NCBI RefSeq assembly: GCF_009914755.1
Contig: NC_060929.1
Source: the human T2T-CHM13v2.0 reference genome, Homo sapiens
Length of the DNA: 64,000 nt
Strand: one strand, 5' to 3'
The notes under the pieces are model-generated. The model did no database searches. It saw only the letters and a program-made list of their open reading frames with translations, and had not been told where the DNA came from. Numbering within the stretch: position 1 is the first letter of the stretch; the number at the start of each line of letters is the position of its first letter. The translations under genes and the position numbers were made by a program. Below, piece after piece: positions 13,846 to 25,468 of this stretch.

Positions 13846-15077
13846 CTAATTTTAAACTATCACTTCTGCACCCGTCATCCATATAGAATCTCAATTCAGC
13901 ATCCCCAAATCAGAAACCCATCAGGAGAAGTATGTTTGTCCAATAATAATGAGAGTTGATGAAAACTTTTCTTAGTGATCACTGCCTCCAATGGTTTACC
14001 TTTCTTTATTTGTTTGAATCTAGTGGCCAGCCACCTTAAAAATTCCCAGGAAGAGAGTGCAGTGCCATACTAGATGGATGTGGTTTATACAGACAAAGAC
14101 ACACACAGTTTTATTCTGTATGTGATGGAGCATGGAAGAATTTGTCAACACAATTATATTTCTTAACATATAAATGTATTTGTGTCTTCAAAAACCACTG
14201 GGTTCGCTTGATTTCTTATGTCATAGCAATGGCTTTTTGACACGGTAGCTTCTGCTAACAATGTTGGACACAAACAGAATCAAGTCACCTGGTTTATTCA
14301 GTTTGAACTTTTAGTTCAGTTTGTTAAATAATACTGTCTTTCAGGCAGAAGAGATATGTGCCTGTGGCAACCCAATAAAAGAGAAGATTTATGCTCATCT
14401 CAGGTTTTTTTCTTGTAATTTAAAGAAGTCACCTTAATAGACAAAACATTGGTCTCCTTATGTCCTGCACTGGGGGCTGGAACTCTAAGTCAACAGGAGA
14501 CGTCTAGTGAAGCAATAGAGACACGTTCACTTCCTAATAGGTAGCATATTTATCATTCTCTGCTTGATTTTAGCTGTGAAGCAACCTACTCACACAGCAA
14601 CACTGGGGAGGACATTCAAACTGTCCAGCAGTGAACAGTCTCAATGATGAATGCAACTGTACCATGAGGACGATGACAATAATATTTAATTGAATTAGAA
14701 TCTCAGGCAGACAATTTTTGTCAATAATTAATATGTTGTTGGGTCAATAAGATAGCTGGATTGCAATCGATATCACATCCTAATGCAGTAATTGCTGCGC
14801 ACTTAGATATAATTTTGAAGATCCAAAATGGATTGTAATATGTTCTTTCCCAAAGCAGCTAGGTCAGCATTTTGCTGAAAGATGAAATTGTGTATGCTAA
14901 TGTTTAGTTATTTTTTAGTGATTTGCTTAGGACACTGAGACAAATCAAGGACAAAACTGAGAATATAGCTTTTGTCTCTTAGAATATAGTTGTTGTGCTT
15001 GTTCCACAAGCATTCATTGCCAGCAACTCTATCAGCTTAGGTCAGGCTGTGGAGAAGCAGATAAAATGAACTTGTGG

Positions 15078-15263
15078 CAAAGATTTCCAAACTGGGATGC
15101 CTAGAGTAGCAGCATCAACATCACTAAGAGCTGGTTAAAATGCAAACTCAGAGTTTACTCCCTGGATCTGTTGAATAGAAAACTCTGGAGGTGGAATCCC
15201 CAAATCTGCATCTTAACAAGCCTTCCAGGTGTTGGAGATACATCCTAACATTTGAGAACTAAT
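15078..15263. mobile_element. MER5A (hAT-Charlie MITE)
   Basis: agcagcatcaacatcact...ttaaaatgcaaa...ttaacaagccttccaggt...tttgagaac matches MER5A architecture. Confidence 0.8.
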
Positions 15264-15416
15264 GACATAAAGGAAATATAAGAACACCAGAGAACAAGGA
15301 GGTTACATGTAGTCATGTCTGGCTGATTCCCCTATAAGCACTCAAAAAGACTGGGATTTCTACATAGAGATTATAAACCCAGACAAGCATTCACAGTTTA
15401 GAAGTGGAGGTTGACA

Positions 15417-16200
15417 GCCAGTGATGGTGAGCATTTTTTCATGTGTTTTTTGGCTGCATAAATGTCAAAACCACAATGAGATACCATCTCACACCAGTTA
15501 GAATGGCAATCATTAAAAAGTCAGGGAACAACAGGTGCTGGAGAGGATTTGGAGAAATAGGAACACTTTTACACTATTGGTGGGACTGTAAACTAGTTCA
15601 ACCATTGTGGAAGTCAGTGTGGCGATTCCTCAGGGATCTAGAACTAGCAATACCATTTGACCCAGCCATCCCATTACTAGGCATATACCCAAAGGACTAT
15701 AAATCATGCTGCTATAAAGACACATGCACACGGATGTTTATTGTGGCATTATTCACAATAGCAAAGACTTGGAACCCACCCAAATGTCCAACAATGATAG
15801 ACTGGATTAAGAAAATGTGGCACATATACACCATGGAATACTATGCAGCCATAAAAAATGATGAGTTCATGTCCTTTGTAGGGACATGGATGAAATTGGA
15901 AATCATCATTCTCAGTAAACTATCACAAGAACAAAAAACCAAACACCGCATATTCTCACTCATAGGTGGGAATTGAACAATGAGAACACATGGAACAGGA
16001 AGGGGAACATCACACTCTGGGGACTGTTGTGGGGTGGGGGGCGGGGGGAAGGATAGCTTTAGGAGATATACCTAATGCTAAATGACGAGTTAATGGGTGT
16101 AGCACAGCAGCATGGCACATGTATACATATGTAACTAACCTGCACATTGTGCACATGTACCCTAAAACTTAAAGTATAATAATAATAAAATAAAAAAAAA
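15417..16200 (+). mobile_element. L1PA3-like 5'-truncated L1 with 50-bp 5' inversion
   Basis: ORF2 C-terminus, 3'UTR and polyA; perfect 17-bp TSD agaagtggaggttgaca at 15400-15416 and 16201-16217; 3'UTR reads ctaatgctaaatgacgagttaatggg. Confidence 0.95.
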
Positions 16201-16527
16201 AGAAGTGGAGGTTGACAAACACATAATCACACAGATATCACAAAGGGAAAACAGCAGGTGCTACAGGATTCCATAAGATCGTGGGTGGGTTGAATTGTAG
16301 GCAAATAAAAAAAAATTGTATTTAGTTAAGATATGAGGGATGAGTGGGACTCATCTAGGTGGAGCCTGGCAGAGGAACGTCTAGGTAGAGGATGGCTGTG
16401 AGGGAAGTAGGTGAGGGGAGGAAATGCTGGGGGTTTTGTAAAATAGAATAAGAAGGGCAAATGGGACTTTATGAGCAATGAGAGATGTAGTTGGAGTGAA
16501 CAGAGACCAGGATATCCAGGCCCATTA

Positions 16528-16855
<328 letters not shown>

Positions 16856-17714
16856 GTGAATATTAATAAAGAGAGAGCAATGTAGATTTTTGGTTTGCTT
16901 GTTTTTGTTTTTTGCTTCTTTATATTATTTTGGTTACTGCATAGGATATATGCAAAGGAACAAGAATAAATGTGGGGAGAACAGTTAGTGGACAATTACA
17001 TTAGTCCTGGTGACAGCTGATAGTGGTTTGAACCAACTAATGGTGATTCGAAAGAAGTTAATACATCCAAAATATCCAGAGAGTAAAATCAGAATGTGAT
17101 TTTTTTATTGGATTTGTGAGATGAAGAAGAAGGAAGTGGAAAGGCTGACTCTGAATTATCTGGCATTAGACACCAGGTGGATTGTAATGCCATTTATATT
17201 CATAAAAATATGACTATAGAGGTTTGTTCAGTGATGTACAAACACAGAACAGGCTTCCTTTAAATAATCACTGTCAACTTTTTCTTTTTGAAATCAGATG
17301 TTCATCTCCGCTACTGTTTTAGACACCAGAGAGGAATTGCTCATTAATGATGTCCTAGTACCCCCTTATAAATGTCAGCTTTATCCTGGATCTGTCCAGT
17401 TATTAAATCTCATCTTTATTTTGGTAAAATATTTTATTCTACTTTAGGAGCATTGCCCTCTCTTACTGTCATCTGTGCTGTGAGACTTGAGATAGAATCT
17501 ACTCATGTGGCTACCTGTACCCATGTAGGAACAGCAGGTGAGTGGGGGTCATTCGTGTACTGATAATTGTTGCATCTGATTCTGGAGCTGGTGAAATGAG
17601 TAAAGCTACTGATGTCCTCATGGTCACCTTGTTTCACATGGGACTGTAAAATATGAATGCCTGGCTTTGCCTCCACCTTGGTTTAAGTGATCCCCTCTCA
17701 GTCTCTCCTCTCAC

Positions 17715-18368
17715 CTTCCTAATTTCAAATTTGTGTGTTAAAACCTACTCACCAATGCAATGGTATTAAGAAGGTCTTTGGGGCTGGGCATGGTGGCTCA
17801 CGCCTCTCATCCCAACACTTAAAGAAGCTGAGACGGGTTGGTCACTTGATGTCAAGAATTTGTCACCAGCTGGCCAACATGATGAAACCTCGTGTCTACT
17901 AAAATACAAAAATTAGCTGGGCTTGGTAATGCGCCTCTGATCCCAGCTGCTTGGGAGGCTGAGACAAGAGAATCACTTGAACCCAGGAGGCGGATGTTGC
18001 AGTGAGCCCAGATTGCACCACTGCACGCCTACATGCCAGCCTGGGCGACAGAGCAAGACTCTGGCTCAAAAAATAAAAAATAAAATAAGAAGGCCTTGAG
18101 AGGTGATTAGATCATGAGGGTGGAGCAAATGCTCTTATAAAAGAGGCTGCAGAGACCTGCCTTTCCTTTTTTTTTTTTTTATCATGTGAAGATGCAATGA
18201 GAAAGTGGCATCTATGAACCAGAAAGCAGGTCTTCACCAGACACTAAATCTGTTGGCACCTTGATCATGGAATTCCCAGCCTCTAGAACTGTGAGAAATA
18301 AATTTCTATTGTTAATAAGCCACCCAGTTTATGGTATTTTGTTACAGAAGCCCAAATGGACTAAAATA
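17715..18368 (+). mobile_element. MLT1A/MLT1A0 MaLR LTR interrupted by Alu
   Basis: gtgattagatcatgagggtggagc...ctgtgagaaataaatttctattgtt...aagccacccagtttatggtatttt is the MLT1A 3' part. Confidence 0.85.
17782..18087 (+). mobile_element. AluS (Sx/Sz-like)
   Basis: Full dimer with A tail; TSD aagaagg(t/c)ctt on both sides. Confidence 0.95.
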
Positions 18369-20306
18369 GGAGGATTGATTCAGAGAATCAGGAATTACTT
18401 CGTGCCCAATTAGATAACTACATTGAGAAAATTTTACTTTGAACCCATGTATTCGATGAAAAATGCTTCTCATAATTCGAAGTATCTGACTTTGTATTTG
18501 AAACCTCTGATGATGCTGGTGTTAAACTGGCTTCTTGGGAATATTTTTCTGCTTACAGAGGCAACAACACATTAATATCAATAGTTTCACTCTTCGTTAA
18601 TGTAAGCAGAAACTTGGAATAAAAACTGAACAAACTAATTTAGAGAACCAATCATGTAACCTAAACAAAAAAGCATAGTCTAAAGAACAATGTGCAAATC
18701 CAACTGTTACAGTGGCACATGGCCTATTCATGTTTTTGGACACACTCTACTTAAAACACCTATGGATGTTGGAGTAGACGATTATTCATCTTAAGCAGAT
18801 TTGTGTTTTCTGGGTTTCAGGTGATCAGAAGTATCACTATAAACTTCCATGGTAGACGGGAAAACATTTTGTGCAAATGTCATGTTCACTACCAATTGTG
18901 TTGAGATATTGAAATTCGATATGAATTTCTAATTGAGCATGCACTTTCCATTTTTAAACTCATTCATAATAGAGGAGTTTCTTTTAAAATTACCAAAGAA
19001 TAAAAATAAATAACCATTTAATCCATTGAATCAAGAGTGTTCAAATTACTGCCCACCTGTTCTTGAGTATATTAGCGAGGCTGAATTAGTGAAGTTTCTT
19101 AGGGTGTAATCTCCTTGGGCAGAGGAAAGAGAGCCCAAGTTATCACAAAACAGAGGGCCATCTTGGATGGCTTTCCTCTACGTAGTTCATCTAAACCACT
19201 GGGTGCATCCTCCATTGTTAGAGCCAGGATGGGGATGGAGAAGAGAAATCATGCATTAACATCTCCAGCTGACATTAATGCATATGGTTATAGGCTCTGA
19301 GGGACAGAGACTAAGACATATAACTATGATTTGTTTATGTATCTAGTCAGTGTTCTTCATTACTGATGACAGATAGCAAAAAGACATTCCCATCGATGTT
19401 CCCCATTCAGAATGGGACAGCACTGTCCTTCCCAATAGCAAGAAGGGGCTCTGTGGCTGGAGCAACAGGAATAGTTGCTGAGAGGGCAGCACTTTCCTCC
19501 CTCACTGAAATAGGCATAGTATATTCCCATGACCTTAAAATAACTTTCAATATCACAACACAGTCACATAGCCCAAGAAAATTACTCTGGAGTATATAGA
19601 AATTGTAGACAAAAATCTGTCATTGAAAAGTCATTTGTAAAAGGTTTTAAGACAGTGTAATTGTGTAAATTTGTACTGTTCTACCATCAGGTTAGATTTA
19701 TTCCCAAATACCACTGAAAGTCCAGTTACTCTCTGAATGTAATTCTATTCAAGTGGGACCTTGCAGCCCACTAAATGGATGAGAGAAAGAGCTTCGATTG
19801 AAGACCGTCTAAGTGTCAATACTGACATTTTCTCTCCCTGAGCTATAACCAAGATCTAAAGTTTTGATTGGGGTCTTTGTCACTTTCATCCTCAGGGTAG
19901 ATGTAGAAAGAGATGCTAGAATTCAAAGACATCATTCAATTTGTTCCCGAAAGGGGTTGATAACTGTTTCCAAACTGAAAAGAATCATCTGTGAAGACGA
20001 GCATAAAGCAAAGTTTCAGTTTTCATTGGGGACTTAAACCTCATGAAAAAGTCTATTTTTTTTTTCATGTTTTAGCTATGTGTGTGTGTGGTGTATTTAT
20101 TTGCCAAGAACTTCTAAGGGTGAATAACATTCCATTAGTTAATCTAAAAAAATTTCAAAATCAGCAACAGTTTGTAACTCAAAAGCTTACCAAACGGTTT
20201 GAACTCTCTAAAAGTAGATCAGGATAAAAGAAAAGTGACTACGTATTATGACTGGCCTTGGTGAAGTTAATGGAGTTTAGATGAAGACAGTTCTCTAAAA
20301 GAGAAT

Positions 20307-20664
20307 TGATATAGTTTGGATATTTGTCCCCACCCAAATCTCTTGTTGAATTGTAATCCCCAGTCCTGGAGATGGGACCTGGTTAGAGGTGTTTGGGTCA
20401 TGGAGCAAATCCCTCTTGGCTTGGTGCTGTCTCTGTGGCAGCGAGTGCTCACTATCCCCCACCCCCATGCTCTGTCTCTGTCCTGCTTTCGCCAAGTGTT
20501 GTGTTTGCTCCTGCTTCTCCTTCTGCCATGATTAAAAGTTCCCTGAGGTGAGTGATGTCAGTGTCATTGTACAGCCTGCAGAACCATGAGCCAGTTAAAT
20601 TTTTCTTCATAAATGACCCAGTTTTAGGTATTTCTTTAGAGCAATGCAAGAATGGCCTAATACA
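20307..20664 (+). mobile_element. MSTA-like MaLR solo LTR
   Basis: TG...CA termini (tgatatagtttggatatttgtcccc...ggcctaataca); perfect 5-bp TSD agaat at 20302-20306 and 20665-20669. Confidence 0.92.
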
Positions 20665-20759
20665 AGAATGAATTCAGAATCTTTCCTGTATTCCAAAGGC
20701 TGCAGTTACAGGCAACAAACAAAGAACTAACTTTCCCATTCTCAGTGAATATCTACCAA

Positions 20760-20900
20760 TTATGGCATTTTATGTGTTCCAAAATGGTACTGAATTCTTT
20801 ACATACATTACCTCATTTATTTGAAAAACAATAACATAACTTAGATATTATCTCCTTCTTTCCACAGGTAGAGAAATTGAGCTTTAAGAAAAAAAATCTT
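20760..20900 (-). mobile_element. MIR fragment
   Basis: ctttacatacattacctcattta...tattatctcc...acaggtagagaaattgag is the MIR core. Confidence 0.6.
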
Positions 20901-21136
20901 GTCTGAGTATATAATACGGGTAGATAACTTAGTACAGAATGCTGTTTTTGGGCCTTAGTTATTATTTTAAAAATCAATATAACTCCAAAATGTGGAAGTA
21001 TCATAACAACAAAGGAAGAAACAGAATTTCAGAGCCAAAAGTTCTCATCCAGTTTAAAGGGAAAAAAAAGAGCCATCAAACTTTTAGGGATCCAATGTCA
21101 CTACCAAGGCCATTTTTCATGTAGCTAGATAGGTAG

Positions 21137-21137
21137 A

Positions 21138-21180
<43 letters not shown>

Positions 21181-21182
21181 AT
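21137..21182. repeat. (TAAA)n tetranucleotide repeat
   Basis: About 11 perfect units seen directly. Confidence 0.95.
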
Positions 21183-21328
21183 TTGTTCTAGTTTACAGAT
21201 CCCATTGGTGAAACCGTCCCATCTTTACCTGAGAAACTGAACTGTTCAAGACAATTAAGCTTCCGTATTCTAATTTCAACTCAACAAACACCCTTCTCAT
21301 TCTCACACAGGCACGTGTACATGAGAGA

Positions 21329-21621
<293 letters not shown>

Positions 21622-21664
21622 AAGATTTGTAAAAACTCCAATGAACTTTCAATACTTTGACCTT

Positions 21665-22074
<410 letters not shown>

Positions 22075-22299
22075 TCACAGGCACTACATGATATTGTAAG
22101 ACAGGAGCAGGCATTCACTGTCGAGTCAAGGTACATTTAGTGTGCATGAGTCGTCTCTCGCAGTCTCACATCCTCAGGCACCAGCAAAAGAGAGTTCACA
22201 AAGCAGACTGCCACTCTAATTGACTTTCCCCTAAATGGCATATTTGAATTCTAGATGAACCTTGGATTACTATCTACAGGATGGACAACAGTGCTACCA

Positions 22300-22465
22300 T
22301 TTACAGTATGTAAAACACATACACAGTTATTGAATCTTTCCAATTTGGGAAGTAGATAGAACCTGTACCTCTCCCACCTACAGACAGGGAAGCTAAGTCT
22401 CATGGAGATGAAAGTATTAATTTAAGGTCTTATATTTAGGGACAGAATCTGCAAGGGAGACCTGT
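22300..22465 (-). mobile_element. MIR fragment
   Basis: cccacctacagacagggaagctaag...ggagatgaaagt...aaggtc resembles the MIR core. Confidence 0.5.
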
Positions 22466-22480
22466 GCACTTAGGTAGAGC

Positions 22481-22485
<5 letters not shown>

Positions 22486-22511
<26 letters not shown>

Positions 22512-23069
22512 GATCTTTTTAGTGTTTCATCTTTCTTGAACATTTTTTTTTATTATACTTTAAGTTCTGGGATACATGTGCAGAACATGCAGGTTCATTA
22601 CATAGATATACACATGCCATGATGGTTTGCTGCACCCATCAACCCATCATCTACTTTAGGTATTTCTCCTAATGCTATCCCTCCCCTAGCCTCCACCCAC
22701 TGACAGGCCCCAGTATGTGATGTTCCTCTCCGTGTGTCCATGTGTTCTCATTGTTCTACTCCCACTTATGAGTGAGAACATGTGGTGTTTGGTTTTCTAT
22801 TCCTGTGTTAGTTTGCTGAGGATGATGGTTTCCAGCTTCATCCATGACCCTGCAAAGGACGTGAACTCATCCTTTTTTATGGCTGCATATTATTCCATGG
22901 TGTATATATGCCACATTTTCTTTATCCAGTCTATCATTCATGGGCATTTGCATTGGTTCCAAGTCTTTGCTATTGTGAATAGTGCCGCAATAAACATTTA
23001 GCTGTGTCCCAGAGACTCTGGTACGTTGTGTCTTTGTTCTCATTGGTTTCAAAGAATTTACTTATTTCT
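22486..23069 (-). mobile_element. L1PA7-like 3' end with internal deletion and probable 3' transduction
   Basis: Antisense 3'UTR/ORF2 end at 22543-22997 is joined to an upstream ORF2 fragment at 22998-23069; flanking TSD taggtagagct(c)ttct. Confidence 0.9.
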
Positions 23070-23432
23070 AGGTAGAGCTCTTCTAACCATTCTATGTGAC
23101 CTTTCACATAGTTTTCCTTTAAGGGTCACCTCTGTTTCTCTGTATTCTCATGTTTCCCTCATATGCAGAATAACCACCTGGATGAAGATTGTTGGTATCA
23201 TTATTAAGTCAAGGATGGGGCCTGAAAATATGTATACTTTATAACCTTAACTGATGATGAGTTTGGTACCCTGGAGGACAAATACTGAGTCTTATGCCTC
23301 TTTTTCTAGGCTCTTAATTGCATGAAGTCTGCTTTGTATATAACAAGCACTTACTCCTTACCTGATGATAATTAACATCATCATGGTTAATATCACAGTG
23401 ATACTGTTATATTCATTCCCTATTTATTTAAA

Positions 23433-23560
23433 GGCTTTGAGTAAGTTTAACTACTTTAAGTTTTGATTTTCTCATATTTAAAATGGGGCTCATACTAGCC
23501 ATCTTGTAGTCTTTCCATGAAAACTACAGATAATTTTTGTGAAACACCTAGAACACTTCA
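23433..23560 (+). mobile_element. MIR fragment
   Basis: ctttgagtaagttt...ttttctcatatttaaaatgggg...gtgaaacacctagaacac. Confidence 0.6.
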
Positions 23561-25433
23561 TAACCCATGGGAGGTAAAATTAATAAGCAGACATGGCCAT
23601 AGTCACCTCACCTCTGTGATTATTTTATAATCATCACTATCTCTCATTAATGTTTCTTTTGCTGTCTATGGAAACTCACGCACAGAAATATAATAGATAT
23701 TTAATAATTGGAGCTTGATAAATGCATGTAGTTGATTAATTGATTGTCAAGGAATGGAGGCTGAAGAAGAAAAATCACTAGAAGAGCTCTGGGAGAAGCC
23801 AAAGTTTCTATTCCACTTAATTCATTCTGTTCGTCCCAGGTAGACACTCCTACCTTCTTTGCTCATGCCCAAGGGCTGTCCAAAAGCCAACATAGGATCT
23901 TTCACTCCAGAGATTGCTTTAACTATCAAGCTTCAATGACATGAACCAAAACCTTAATGTGATCCCTGCTTAGAAATACATGGCATTTCAATCCTCATGC
24001 AAAGCAATGTGAGACTACATTAAAAGTATACTCAGACACAACCTGTTTGGGGGTCTACTGACTCAGTCTTAGAGTTTCATAAGAATGGAACATGGAATGG
24101 GAATGGGAATAGGAAGACAGTTGAGGCATATTGTGGAAGCAGGATGGTATTTTCCAGAAAATCTCCTACACATGGGCAACAATTTTGGAGGCAGGTTGAA
24201 TATTCTAAGGTAGCTAGTCATTGAAACTGGCTCTTTCATTTCTATTTCATGGAATTCCACTTAAATGCAATGTAATGCAGGTTGAGAACTTTCTGAGTTC
24301 TTGTTAGGAGGTGATGTAAGGCATTTTACTATGCTAATAAAACAAGAAATCATCTTTTCTGGCTGCCACTCTTGAAAATGTTATCTTCCTACTTTCCCAG
24401 TTGAGCTCCAAACAATTGTTTTTACTGAAGTCTATTTTGCATTATTAGAATTAGATATTTGGTCTTACTAAGGTTTTCATTTTACTCAGAGGTATTACAG
24501 AAATTATTTTCTTATCCTGTGGCTTTGATAGTTTTCTTCATCTTGCCCTAAGGAAAACAAATTAATCTTCATTTCGTTGTAAGTAGACATAAATGTAAGC
24601 ATCCACATCTACTAAGAGGAGGGTTATGTGTCAAGGATATTAACTGGAAGAATATTTGATCTTTTAAATTGATATCAAGGCAGCACACACAAAGTCTGAA
24701 GCTCAGTGAAGACCTTCATAATATTCCAAAAAGCTTACATATAAAAACTTCCTCAGAAAAAATACTATCAACTGCAAGACTGTTCCTTCTATCTGGAGAA
24801 TTTTAGTCATGTGTCTGTTCATGGGAAAAGGGGAAGATGGAATTAGTTAGCATGAATATTAAAGAGAAAACTGGGATGGAAAGGGGTGACAGAAAGTCAA
24901 CCAGTGGCCTAACGAAAGAACCACAGAGAACAAAAAGTACCATATCCCTCCCCTGGCCAGCTTTCGAGAGCTTGTCCTGCCTTAAGGATGTACCCGAGAG
25001 ATGAAAAGAATGGAAAAGAATACGAAGTTTCACAGCCTGCAAAGTGGCCATATTGGAGGAGGCTAAGCAAAAGGCAGTTGGAAAACGGCCATCAAAATGA
25101 TTTGCTCCTGTGATTGCAAAGAGGTTGGAGGTGAGGGGTGGGCCAGAAACCAAAACTTCTGATCAGAAAGGCTGGAGTCAAGGCCTGGGAGGACCACGGT
25201 GGCTGAGGCTCTGTGTCTTAGAAGCTGATATGTTGGGGAATCCCAGATAGGGACCCACCCACCATGTGGCACAGCCAACAAGCCTTGAGAGAAAAACTGG
25301 GCCACTTCACCAAAGCTGCTATGTCAGGTGGCTCCTGTGGAGGTGAGGGGTGGGGGCTAGTTCTCTCTTGTTCTTAAGGAGGTTGTACCTGCAGGACAGG
25401 AAAAGCACTCTGCTTGGTCCTAACTATATTTAC

Positions 25434-25468
25434 GTGTGTGCGTGTGTTTGTGTGTGTGTGTGTGTGTG
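25434..25468. repeat. Interrupted (TG)n microsatellite
   Basis: Seen directly, immediately upstream of a pyrimidine tract. Confidence 0.9.

Noticed and set aside
14886-14901. Canonical SOX2-OCT4 composite motif
   Set aside because: ATTGT-GT-ATGCTAAT has one base more spacing than the canonical composite; kept only as an octamer variant.
22990-23005. Spliced L1 (SpIRE) explanation of the internal deletion
   Set aside because: The skipped L1 sequence begins AGCAG and ends ...CACGT/CATGT, so it lacks GT-AG boundaries.
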